From: Okeania sp.
GTDB lineage: Bacteria > Cyanobacteriota > Cyanobacteriia > Cyanobacteriales > Microcoleaceae
Assembly: GCF_035285525.1 (NCBI RefSeq)
Contig: NZ_JAYKGW010000001.1
Span: 1 to 26,546, forward strand
DNA length: 26,546 bases
Direction of reading: 5' to 3'
Position numbers and translations under genes: made by a program. Under the pieces are notes generated by a model. It was given only the letters and a program-made list of their open reading frames with translations. It made no database searches and was not told where the DNA came from. Below are positions 7,931 through 16,588 of the stretch, piece by piece (position 1 is the stretch's first letter; the number at the start of each line of letters is the position of its first letter).

Positions 7931-10900
7931 TCAGGGGTGCGCAGAGATTGCTTCCTGTCGTCGCAATGACAATTGTTCAACTGGATTTGATATAACGCTC
8001 TTTTTTGAATTAGAAGAAAGATTTTCGTAAAAATCTCTCTCCTTTTCTTCATAACAATATTCCACTGCTCCCAATGCTTTGAGGCTGGATTTTTGGGCAT
8101 TGTTTAATCCTGTGACTCCAGTAATGTTAGCATTTTCATAAGGTCTGGATACTCTCAGGGTTTTGATACACTTTCCTGTTTTAATGTTCCAGAGTTTAAT
8201 TGTTCCGTCAGCGCTACTGCTGGCAAGAATGTTACCGTTGGGGTGGAATGCTACTGCTAATACCCAACTCTGGTGTCCGCTCAAAGTGGCGTATAGTCTG
8301 TGGGTGTTAACATTCCATAAGCGGACAGTGTTGTTCTCTCCTCCACTTGCTAATAGTTGACTGTCTGGACTGAAAGCAATTGAATAAGTCCATGCTTGTT
8401 GACCTTCAAAAACGGCGAGGCATTCTTGGGTAGTAATATTCCACAAGCGGACTGTTGTATCATGGCTGCTAGTTGCTAACAGTTTGCCATCAGAACTGAA
8501 GGTAACTGACATAATCTCTCCTTGATGTCCTTGAAAACTGCTGAGATTTTGATTTGTCTCAATATCCCACAATTGAAGAATAGGCTCAACTCCACCAACA
8601 GCTATTTTCTTACTATCTGGGCTGATGGCAATTGTGTAAACTTTTAATTTACAGTGATTTGGTGAAGTTTTCCGTTCCTGCTTTGTCTTGATATCCCAGA
8701 ATCTCAAAGAGCAAACGTCTCCAGCACTAACGAATAAGCTATCGTCAGGAGTAAAAGCAATAGAATGCACTTGATCTGTATATCCGCTTAAAGTTGCCAA
8801 ACATTCACTGGTAATCACATTCCATAACTTAACTGTAAAATCGAAACTTCCACTAGCTAGAGTTTGACCATCAGGACTAAAAGCAACTGATTGCACACGC
8901 TCCTGATGTTTGGGGAAAGTTGCTACTACTTTTCCCTCTTTTAGATTCCAAAGTCTGACAGCACAGTCATCGCTACCACTAGCTAAAGTCTTCCCATCAG
9001 GACTAAAAGCAATTGAGCGAATCCAATTTCCCCAACCTTCTAAAGTATTTAAGAGTTTGATATTATCAATATTCTCAATGTTCCATAAATTTACTTTTTT
9101 ATCACTAGCACTACTAGCTAAAATCTTGCCATCAGAACTAAAAGCCACCTGAAATGATCGGGATGTATGTCCTGCTAAAGTCTTCAGTAGTTGGGGGCGA
9201 TCGCTATAACTGACATCCCACAATTTGACAGTGAAATCACCACTACCACTGGCAAGCATTTTTCCATCTGGGGAAAAAACCAGTCCTCTAACATTATTAT
9301 TTCCAGGAATAGTAGCAACCAGGGAAATATTTTTGATATCTCTAATATCCCAAAGTTTAATGGTAAAGTCAAAACTAGCACTTGCCAAAACTTTACCATC
9401 AGGTCTAAAAGCAATTGTTCTGATTCCTTCTTGATGTCCTGATAAGGTAGCTAAACATTTACCATTATTAACATTCCATAGCTTGATATTTCTATCTTTA
9501 CTAGCAGTTGCTAAAATTTTCCCACTTGGACTAAAGACTAATTTGTTGATCCAACTTGTGTGCCCTGGTAAGGTAGCTAGATATTTGCCATTCCTGAGAT
9601 TCCATAATTGGATTTTGCCATCTATACCACAAGTAGCTAAGAGTTGCATATTTGGACTCAAGGCAGTAGCTTTTACGAGTTCAGAATCTATGAGTAAACT
9701 TCTCAAACATTTACTGCTGGGCAAATGCCAAATTTTTACTGTTTTGTCAGCACTAGCGCTAACTAGAGTTTGACCGTCCGGAGAAAATTGTATGCTTCTG
9801 ACTGTATGGGTATGACCTTCCCAAGTCAAAAGTTTTTTACCATCTGCAACTTGCCACAAATGAATTTTGCCAGATTCATCTCCCGTTGCCAAGAGTTTAC
9901 TATCAGAAGTAAAAGTTAACGACCTAACTGTACTCATAGACTCCATAAAAACACAATCAGTCAGATTTGCTTCAGTCAAATTAACATCCTGCAAACTCGC
10001 ACCTACAAAATTAGCTCCCAAAATGACAGTGTGACTCAAATCCCAACGCTCCAAAGCCAGATTATCAGTTTTTACTAGCAATGTCGTTCCATTGCCACCC
10101 AAATAACCAACCTCGTCAACAGTTTTCCCCCGCGTTCCCTCCACAACTTCCCTTAACTGATTACAAATTTGCGCTGGGGTTGTTTTCCCAGAGAGTATGG
10201 ACAACAACAAATCTATAACTGCCTTCGCCAGGGGTATCTCTCCAAAAGTGGAACGCAAACGCTCCCAAGACTCTCTAGAAAAAGTTTTTAGAGGCGCAAT
10301 AGAAATAACCTCCCCTTTAGCATCCACTTCCCGTTGGAAATAATTAGACCAAGTGTATTCCTGAGCTGTTGCCTGGCAATTAACATGAGACTGCGCTGCT
10401 GCCACTTCCATAAAATCTGGAGGCAACACCCCCAACTCGGCAGCAAATTTATAGGCAACAAAAAACTCCAACAACGAACGATGCGCCGGACTATAATCCC
10501 CATCTTCATTGCGAATCAACATTGTCTGACCCATCATGTCGTAATGCCAGTGGTCTAAATCTTTTTTTTCTCGCACTTCTGATTCAAACAAGCGACGAAT
10601 GCGGTCAGGAAACTCCCGATAGTTGAGACTCATCTTGTTGTTAGATAACATTTCCCAAGAAAGTTCGCAGAGAAAATACAACTTATCTGCTATAGAAGTA
10701 AAAGTGCGCTTTTGCTTGATATCTCGTGCCATCTTGTGTTTCACTGCATAGAGATAAATCCGCGCCAAATCTATCGCTTTCCCTGCTTCAATGTCTGGCA
10801 GCGCCTCCAGAATCAACTCGCTCATCACCGGACGTCTCGCTAAATCTAATAATTGAGGATCGCCCATCACCTTTTCCACTGTCGCGGGTTCAGTCTGAAA

Positions 10901-12238
10901 CGAAAGCACCCGACGAATTTGGTCGTCGTTAAATTTCTGTAGTTCCAACACTTCAAACTGGGGAGGTTCCCCAGTCAAGTTAGCTACAGAAGCTTGCAAC
11001 TCGGCATTCAATAAAGCCAGACCTTCTTTGGCTTCTGGGAAATGCTCTGTGCGACAAGTGAGAATCACCTTAGCTCCTGGAACTACTGTTTGCGCTAACT
11101 CCCAAAAATTATTAATCATCCTTTGCCGATCCACCTTAGCTGCCATTTCGTCGAAACCGTCAAAAATCACCAACAACTTACCCATGCGGTTGAGGAGTTC
11201 AAAAGCAGAATAACCAGGCAGGGGAATTTCATGTTGGCGGAAAAAGAACTCGGAAAAGAGAGACTCCATATTAACTGCCCTAGCATAATCTCGCAACAAA
11301 ATAATTAGAGGCAAGCGGGGACGTTCCACTCCTCGCTTTTTCGCATCCAAATAGCGCTGCAACTGTTTCCAAGCGTAATGGAAAACAAACCAAGTTTTAC
11401 CAGTACCGAACTCTCCCAAAACTGACAAGTGTTTTTTAGCTGGATCGCTTTGCCATTGGTCAATATAACCATCTATCCAGCCGTCTTCTGACCCGTAATA
11501 ACTGACTCCTATTTTTTGTTTAGTATTGGGATCAATTTCTGCTTTGCTACAAGCGAGGGGTACATATTTGACATCTATTCCCCGCTGTTCGACCTGTTCT
11601 TCTAACCACTGACAATAACCACTGAAGTCTGCTTCTTGGTCTATCAGTTCGTCGAAGGTGTAGCAAAATAAATTTTGGTTTTCTGGTTGTTTCGCTTCAT
11701 CGCGAGCTGCTTTACTAATTCGACGGACTGCAACTAACCAACCTTCATTGGTTTTTTCAGTGGTGACGGACTGACGCAAAGCCTTGAGATCGTAAATTTC
11801 TGCTTCACCTTCTAATCCTCGAATTAGGATGCGATCATGTCCGCGACGAGTTTTAATTTTGATCGTCCATTCAAACCACCTTTTACCTTTTTTATTCTCA
11901 CGGTGATAGTCTGTAAATTGATATCCGAGGATTTCAAACCATTCTCTCATCTGTTGGGGGAGCAGGAAGTTGTGGTGATCGCTATTTTGTTTAATTTCGG
12001 CTTCCACAACTCCTCTAAAATTAGCTCTGGAGACTCGTTGCTGAAATAAGTTTGCTAGTATTTTCCATAATTTAGCACCTTCTTGTCTGATATATACTCG
12101 ATCAAAATTTGTTTTTGCTGATATTTCTGCGTATCTTTCCCCCTTCCAAGCTAGGGAAAAAATATTCTTTTGCAAGTCGCTGAGATTTTTTTCTTTTAGT
12201 TGATTATTGATAAACTCTAATGCTTCTTCTGGTGTCAT
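7931..12238 (-). CDS. STAND-class NACHT NTPase with N-terminal HTH-like module, restriction-endonuclease-like module, short pentapeptide-repeat stretch and 14 WD40 repeats (bacterial NLR-like protein)
   Basis: 1435 aa. Residues 1-80 ([43 protein letters not shown]) resemble the HTH module found at the N-termini of cyanobacterial STAND/WD40 proteins. Residues about 95-185 ([12 protein letters not shown]...[22 protein letters not shown]...[17 protein letters not shown]) have an Mrr-like layout. Walker A is GEFGTGKTW (about nt 11393-11416) and Walker B is [11 protein letters not shown] (about nt 11143-11178). Pentapeptide-like stretch: [25 protein letters not shown]. There are 14 repeats ending in LW[NDQH][ILV], enough for two 7-bladed propellers. 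The canonical end [23 protein letters not shown] is followed by a 42-aa tail. Confidence 0.85.
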   Translation of the reverse strand: MTPEEALEFINNQLKEKNLSDLQKNIFSLAWKGERYAEISAKTNFDRVYIRQEGAKLWKILANLFQQRVSRANFRGVVEAEIKQNSDHHNFLLPQQMREWFEILGYQFTDYHRENKKGKRWFEWTIKIKTRRGHDRILIRGLEGEAEIYDLKALRQSVTTEKTNEGWLVAVRRISKAARDEAKQPENQNLFCYTFDELIDQEADFSGYCQWLEEQVEQRGIDVKYVPLACSKAEIDPNTKQKIGVSYYGSEDGWIDGYIDQWQSDPAKKHLSVLGEFGTGKTWFVFHYAWKQLQRYLDAKKRGVERPRLPLIILLRDYARAVNMESLFSEFFFRQHEIPLPGYSAFELLNRMGKLLVIFDGFDEMAAKVDRQRMINNFWELAQTVVPGAKVILTCRTEHFPEAKEGLALLNAELQASVANLTGEPPQFEVLELQKFNDDQIRRVLSFQTEPATVEKVMGDPQLLDLARRPVMSELILEALPDIEAGKAIDLARIYLYAVKHKMARDIKQKRTFTSIADKLYFLCELSWEMLSNNKMSLNYREFPDRIRRLFESEVREKKDLDHWHYDMMGQTMLIRNEDGDYSPAHRSLLEFFVAYKFAAELGVLPPDFMEVAAAQSHVNCQATAQEYTWSNYFQREVDAKGEVISIAPLKTFSRESWERLRSTFGEIPLAKAVIDLLLSILSGKTTPAQICNQLREVVEGTRGKTVDEVGYLGGNGTTLLVKTDNLALERWDLSHTVILGANFVGASLQDVNLTEANLTDCVFMESMSTVRSLTFTSDSKLLATGDESGKIHLWQVADGKKLLTWEGHTHTVRSIQFSPDGQTLVSASADKTVKIWHLPSSKCLRSLLIDSELVKATALSPNMQLLATCGIDGKIQLWNLRNGKYLATLPGHTSWINKLVFSPSGKILATASKDRNIKLWNVNNGKCLATLSGHQEGIRTIAFRPDGKVLASASFDFTIKLWDIRDIKNISLVATIPGNNNVRGLVFSPDGKMLASGSGDFTVKLWDVSYSDRPQLLKTLAGHTSRSFQVAFSSDGKILASSASDKKVNLWNIENIDNIKLLNTLEGWGNWIRSIAFSPDGKTLASGSDDCAVRLWNLKEGKVVATFPKHQERVQSVAFSPDGQTLASGSFDFTVKLWNVITSECLATLSGYTDQVHSIAFTPDDSLFVSAGDVCSLRFWDIKTKQERKTSPNHCKLKVYTIAISPDSKKIAVGGVEPILQLWDIETNQNLSSFQGHQGEIMSVTFSSDGKLLATSSHDTTVRLWNITTQECLAVFEGQQAWTYSIAFSPDSQLLASGGENNTVRLWNVNTHRLYATLSGHQSWVLAVAFHPNGNILASSSADGTIKLWNIKTGKCIKTLRVSRPYENANITGVTGLNNAQKSSLKALGAVEYCYEEKERDFYENLSSNSKKSVISNPVEQLSLRRQEAISAHP

Positions 12239-12282
12239 AGATCATGGCCTTTACTGTTTCAGGACTTACGCAAGGACACTAT

Positions 12283-12487
12283 ATAGCTCCCAAATCGGTT
12301 CTATAAAATTAGGTGCGGAGATGGGAAGATGGAGCTATTTTTCTACCTTTTTCCCTATTCCATTTCTCTCACTCCTGACTTCCCCTCCTGGGAGGGGTTA
12401 GGGGTGGGTTAACTCCTGACTCCTGTCTCCTTTGGCAAAAACCAACACCTTTGCCAACATAGCGTTAGGGGTTCTATATAGAAGCCC
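12283..12487. mobile_element. MITE family B copy (about 205 bp), immediately upstream of the NACHT-WD40 start
   Basis: tatagctcccaaatcggttctataaaattaggtgcggagatggg...tttttccctattccatttctctcactcctgacttc...tttggcaaaaacc...gcgttaggggttctata. Collinear with 18215-18406. Confidence 0.65.
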
Positions 12488-12778
12488 TAACCGTATCTTT
12501 GCAAAAGTGAGGATTAAAAGACAGGATTCAGGATATAGGAGTCAGGAGTCAGAATTTCCAGAAATAGAATAGAGAAAAAAATATAAAAATACCCCCATTA
12601 TGCACTATCTCCCCTACTCCCTTACTCCCCAGCTAATTTTATACAGGCATTTAGGGGTTCTATATAGCGGTTTTGCGTCACTCCTGATTCTAACATTTTC
12701 AGAGTTAGAGCTGTTTTGAAAGACCTACTCAGGAGTTGAGTCAAATATCCAGGAATTAGGCAGAGAAACCATACATAT

Positions 12779-12871
12779 AGGACTAAAGCCATGAGGTAGG
12801 AAAAACAGGGGTTTGAGATTGCTTCCCTTGGGTCGTATCGTAGGAAAATACGTTGCACTTGCGTAAGTCCT
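12779..12871 (+). mobile_element. 93-bp MITE (family A variant: AGGACTAAAGCC ... GCGTAAGTCCT), copy 1 of a direct pair
   Basis: Near-identical to 13157-13249; the differences cluster in tcgtaggaaaatacgttgcac versus tcggacgaaaataggttgcag. Confidence 0.75.
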
Positions 12872-12888
12872 AGTTATAACTTACGCAA

Positions 12889-12925
12889 AGAAACCCGGTT
12901 TCTCTTAGAAACCGGGTTTCTGGGT
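12889..12925. repeat. Hairpin repeat family D copy
   Basis: agaaacccggtttctcttagaaaccgggtttctgggt. Same palindrome as at 4012-4049 and 18075-18112. Confidence 0.7.
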
Positions 12926-13156
12926 TCAGATGGCTTTAGTCCTGATAGTCAGAGATAAATGGTCTTTTCTTGTTTCATAAAACCGATATAAAACGTCATA
13001 AAAAGTGACATTTTCATGTTTACTTCCTGCTGTACGGACGTTGCATACAACGTCCCTACTAGGGTCCTCGGACACCAACTAGCTGATTATATCCTGTAAT
13101 GACGTAAATTATCAACTAAGTTTTCACTCTACAGGTGGTGCATATTTCATATTTTT

Positions 13157-13249
13157 AGGACTAAAGCCATGAGGTAGGAAAAACAGGGGTTTGAGATTGC
13201 TTCCCTTGGGTCGTATCGGACGAAAATAGGTTGCAGTTGCGTAAGTCCT
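13157..13249 (+). mobile_element. 93-bp MITE (family A variant), copy 2 of the direct pair
   Basis: aggactaaagccatgaggtaggaaaaacaggggtttgagattgcttcccttgggtcgtatcg...gcgtaagtcct. Followed by two further solo gcgtaagtc ends at about 13256 and about 13330. Confidence 0.75.
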
Positions 13250-13484
13250 GATTTTGCGTAAGTCCTGATATCAAATCATAGACTTGTATGTAGGGACAAA
13301 GGATAGTTCACCTAAATCAAGTAATTTGGCGTAAGTCTTGCTACTAACAAAAACTAACTTTTTATTTCAACAAAAACTAACTTCCAGTCATAACATTTCC
13401 TAACCAAAAGCCTCTAAGAGCAAAATTAAGATAGAAGTATCGAGCGAATCGATAGTCAACCAAAAATTAATTGGAAGCCTGAAA

Positions 13485-15173
13485 ATGGAAATAACATTTG
13501 ACCCCAGAATTGAGTTTATTGAGCCGATAGAAGAAATAGATGAGAGGACAGTCTTTTCCTTGGAAGATAAATATTTTACTCTTGTCCCTGAAGTTATTGA
13601 GCGTGTCAAAGAAACAGTTGAGTCAGGAGAAATCTTTATAGATCCTACATGGCCTGGTAGTCCTTCTATACCAAAACCTAAATCGGTTTCAGGAAAAGAA
13701 TATTCGAATAATGCAGATAAAGATACTAACGGAATACCAGATCCTACTCAAAATCTACTTTGGTTTGGAAATGGCTTAACGAATAATGCATTTGATTATG
13801 GGATTGGAGCACAGGTAGATGCTATATCAAATTCGGGAGATGCTCTCTTCTCTTCAGTTGTTAGAAATCAAAGTAACCTGGTGTTTTCTACAACTTTTAG
13901 TAACAAAATCTACTATGAAACTCCTTCTGGAGGGAAAGGAGTTTGGGCATCCCCTAGTCAAATAGATAAACCAAATGAGCCAGTAGGCGATCCTGGAGTG
14001 CTTGATGTAGATGGTTTAGAATTATGGGGTCCTGTAGATGGTAATCGCTTCTCTGTATATGGAGATCAAAATGCAGCTGTCTACGATTACGATTATGTTA
14101 GCGGAAATATTACCGCGCTATATTCTCAGGTAGACATTGCTCAAGCTATTGGTGTATCCCCTACAGCTGCGGACAAAGTTAACATTGATGCTATGATGAC
14201 ATCTGGGGAGAAAATTATATTTAGTATCGATCCTATTGAGGAGTTGGGACTTGATGGAGGTGAAATTTGGTTTTGGGACGGGAGTACAGCAACGGCTAGT
14301 TTCCTCAAACATGGAGGTCATGTTTGGGATACTGAGTTTGATGTGATGAAGACTTTTGGCACAGTTTCAGAAAATATTAATGCTCTAGAATCTGTTGGTC
14401 AATACTTTTTACCATGGCTAACAGCGGATTATTTGGTGCCTGTGGAAGTTGATGAGAAGTTATTATTGTCAGATCCGCTTCCTCTTGGTGGTGTTGATCC
14501 TGATATTATAAAAGTTCCAGGAGGAATAAAAATCAACGGTACAAGAGGTAATGACAAACTCATTGGTGATAGTGGTGATGATACCCTTAATGGTGGTCGT
14601 GGTAATGACTACTTAAATGGTAAGAGTGGCGATGATACCCTTAATGGCGGTAATGGCAATGATACCCTTAATGGTGGTAATGGCGATGATACCCTTAATG
14701 GTGGTCGTGGTAATGACAAACTTCTTGGTAAATCAGGTGACGATTTGCTCCTAGGTTACTCCGGTAAAGATACCTTGCAAGGAGATGCTGGTAACGATAC
14801 CCTTACAGGTGGTGGAGGTCCTGACAAATTTCTCTTTAATACCAATAAGACATTTAAGACAAATGATCTAGGTATAGATGAAATCACTGATTTTTCACAA
14901 AAACAGGGAGATGTGATTATCCTAGATCTTACAACTTTCACTGCTATCAACAGTACTCCGGGAACTGGATTCAGTATTGCTGATGAATTTGCTACAGTTA
15001 CTGATGACTCACTGGCAGCAACATCTGATGCCGTAATTGTCTATAATAGTGACAATGGTAATTTGTTCTATAATCCCAATGGTAGTGACTCAGGTTTCGG
15101 TACTGGTGGTCAGTTTGCAACTTTGACAAATACTCCATCCTTAGAAGCAGGAGATTTCTTCCTCAGAAATTAA
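13485..15173 (+). CDS. RTX-type calcium-binding protein with a large uncharacterised N-terminal domain
   Basis: 562 aa. Residues about 350-450 hold about 11 nonapeptide repeats (GGRGNDYLNGKSGDDTLNGGNGNDTLNGGNGDD...; nt about 14540-14830). The C-terminal module is DEITDFSQKQGDVIILDL...NGNLFYNPNGSDSGFGTGGQFATL...AGDFFL, as in cyanobacterial hemolysin-type Ca-binding proteins. I do not recognise the first roughly 340 aa. Confidence 0.8.
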   Translation: MEITFDPRIEFIEPIEEIDERTVFSLEDKYFTLVPEVIERVKETVESGEIFIDPTWPGSPSIPKPKSVSGKEYSNNADKDTNGIPDPTQNLLWFGNGLTNNAFDYGIGAQVDAISNSGDALFSSVVRNQSNLVFSTTFSNKIYYETPSGGKGVWASPSQIDKPNEPVGDPGVLDVDGLELWGPVDGNRFSVYGDQNAAVYDYDYVSGNITALYSQVDIAQAIGVSPTAADKVNIDAMMTSGEKIIFSIDPIEELGLDGGEIWFWDGSTATASFLKHGGHVWDTEFDVMKTFGTVSENINALESVGQYFLPWLTADYLVPVEVDEKLLLSDPLPLGGVDPDIIKVPGGIKINGTRGNDKLIGDSGDDTLNGGRGNDYLNGKSGDDTLNGGNGNDTLNGGNGDDTLNGGRGNDKLLGKSGDDLLLGYSGKDTLQGDAGNDTLTGGGGPDKFLFNTNKTFKTNDLGIDEITDFSQKQGDVIILDLTTFTAINSTPGTGFSIADEFATVTDDSLAATSDAVIVYNSDNGNLFYNPNGSDSGFGTGGQFATLTNTPSLEAGDFFLRN

Positions 15174-15335
15174 ATCCTAGATTCCGCACTACCAAATTTA
15201 GTGTGAAATAAGGGGATTTGATATAAAACTGATATGAAACATTAAATTTTCCCTCCCTTCTAGAGCAGTAGGGGGGATATTATTTTGCCATGCTATAATC
15301 TCAATCATACCTATTAATTATTAAGGTGAAGCTCA

Positions 15336-16154
15336 ATGGTTTTAACTGCCCAACAATTAGAGGCAATAATGCCTGATGCCACTCAATTAGAAAGCGACGA
15401 ACCCCCCATGGAAAGCTCTCAACACTATACCCAACTTATGTTGCTAGTTATTTGTCTGGAATGGTTGTGGCGCAATAGAAATGATTACTTTATTGGTGCT
15501 AACTTGACTATTTATTACAGTCGCCAATATCTGAAAACTCGTGACTTTCGCAGACCAGACTTTTTCTTAGTCAAGGATACCCAGAAGCAACCCCGGAAGT
15601 CATGGGTAGTGTGGGAGGAAAACGGTAAATATCCCAATTTAATAATAGAGTTACTATCAGACTCTACCGCTATAGTAGATCGCAACTTCAAAAAACAGTT
15701 ATATCAAAACAACTTCCGCACCCCAGAGTATTTTTGGTTTGACCCGGAAACTATGGAGTTTATGGGATTTCGCTTACAACAAAATGGTTATGCAGAAATT
15801 CAACCGAATGATCGAGGTTGGGGTTGGAGTCAAGAATTAGAATTATATTTAGGAGTAGATGAAGGTCAACTTCGTTATTTTACTGCTAATGGTGAACGAG
15901 TGCCAACTCCCCAGGAGGATGCGATACAAGAAAAATTGCACGCTCAAGTAGCTCACTCACAAGCCCAAAATGCTTTTGCTGATGGTGAAGAAATTGGGGA
16001 ACAACGAGGCCGAGAAATTGGCCAACAAGAAGCCAAACAAGAAGCAGTCCCTCGATTACTCAAATTAGGATTGAGTTTAGCGGTAATTGCTGAATCTTTA
16101 GATTTGCCTTTGTCGGTTGTTCAACAAATAGCTAATTCTGCTAATAATAATTAG
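15336..16154 (+). CDS. Uma2-family (DUF820, PD-(D/E)xK-like) endonuclease with a Gln/Glu-rich C-terminal extension
   Basis: 272 aa. The Uma2-typical segments are SSQHYTQLMLLVICLEWLW, RPDFFLVKD, PNLIIELLSDST...DRNFKKQLYQNNFRTPEYFWFDP. The tail ...GEQRGREIGQQEAKQEAVPRLLKLGLSLAVIAESLDLPLSVVQQI is common in cyanobacterial members of the family. Confidence 0.75.
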   Translation: MVLTAQQLEAIMPDATQLESDEPPMESSQHYTQLMLLVICLEWLWRNRNDYFIGANLTIYYSRQYLKTRDFRRPDFFLVKDTQKQPRKSWVVWEENGKYPNLIIELLSDSTAIVDRNFKKQLYQNNFRTPEYFWFDPETMEFMGFRLQQNGYAEIQPNDRGWGWSQELELYLGVDEGQLRYFTANGERVPTPQEDAIQEKLHAQVAHSQAQNAFADGEEIGEQRGREIGQQEAKQEAVPRLLKLGLSLAVIAESLDLPLSVVQQIANSANNN

Positions 16155-16180
16155 CCTACCTTTGTCAGCTGTTCAACAAA

Positions 16181-16293
16181 TAGACATCTCCGGAAAAGAG
16201 GGAACAGGGAACACAACCGCGCTTAACTGGGAAGAGTAATTGATGCTTTCGTATGGGAGAATTGATTCTATTTTTTATTTCTGGAGATGTCTA
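16181..16293. mobile_element. MITE family C, compact 113-bp copy (TAGACATCTCCGGAAA ... TTTCTGGAGATGTCTA)
   Basis: Clear 15-16 nt terminal inverted repeats. Starts 27 nt after the Uma2 stop. Its first 3 nt overlap a 25-nt duplication of the Uma2 3' end. Confidence 0.75.
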
Positions 16294-16404
16294 ATACCTA
16301 ATTTTACTAATAATTGAGTTCTAGACTAACTTGACTACAGAATATTTTTGAGGGATAATTCAATTTTATTTGTAGTCAAGTTAATTTACAACGGTTTTCC
16401 TAAA

Positions 16405-16493
16405 CGGTAAACCACTGTAGAGACCTTGCATGCAACGTCTCTACAAGATTTTGGTTATGGCTCCGGTGGTTCATCAAGAGTGAAAAGCGCTGT
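16405..16493 (+). repeat. Dispersed repeat family E copy (hairpin GTAGAGAC...GTCTCTAC plus the conserved 49-nt tail)
   Basis: The tail is identical to that of 5729-5818. The hairpin carries paired substitutions relative to that copy. Confidence 0.75.
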
Positions 16494-16588
16494 AAAAAAA
16501 TTAGACAGAAAGTTGAAGCAATAAATCTACTATTATAGCGTTTTTTACAAAGAAAGGTAAACTACAAAACTCTTTCCTTCTTTCTTTC

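Noticed and set aside
8163-11308. Many 60-96 aa plus-strand ORFs inside the NACHT-WD40 gene (8163, 8910, 9191, 9225, 9483, 10334, 10726, 11028, 11123...) and minus-strand 9184-9414, 10288-10509, 7831-8100
   Set aside because: These are antisense or out-of-frame readings of a long, clearly coding gene. Their periodic LPLAxxFPSGLKA-type sequences simply mirror the WD40 repeats.
12207-12858. ORFs 12207-12401 (+) and 12622-12858 (-)
   Set aside because: They lie entirely within MITE family A/B copies and heptamer arrays that recur elsewhere in the window, so they are repeat-derived open frames.
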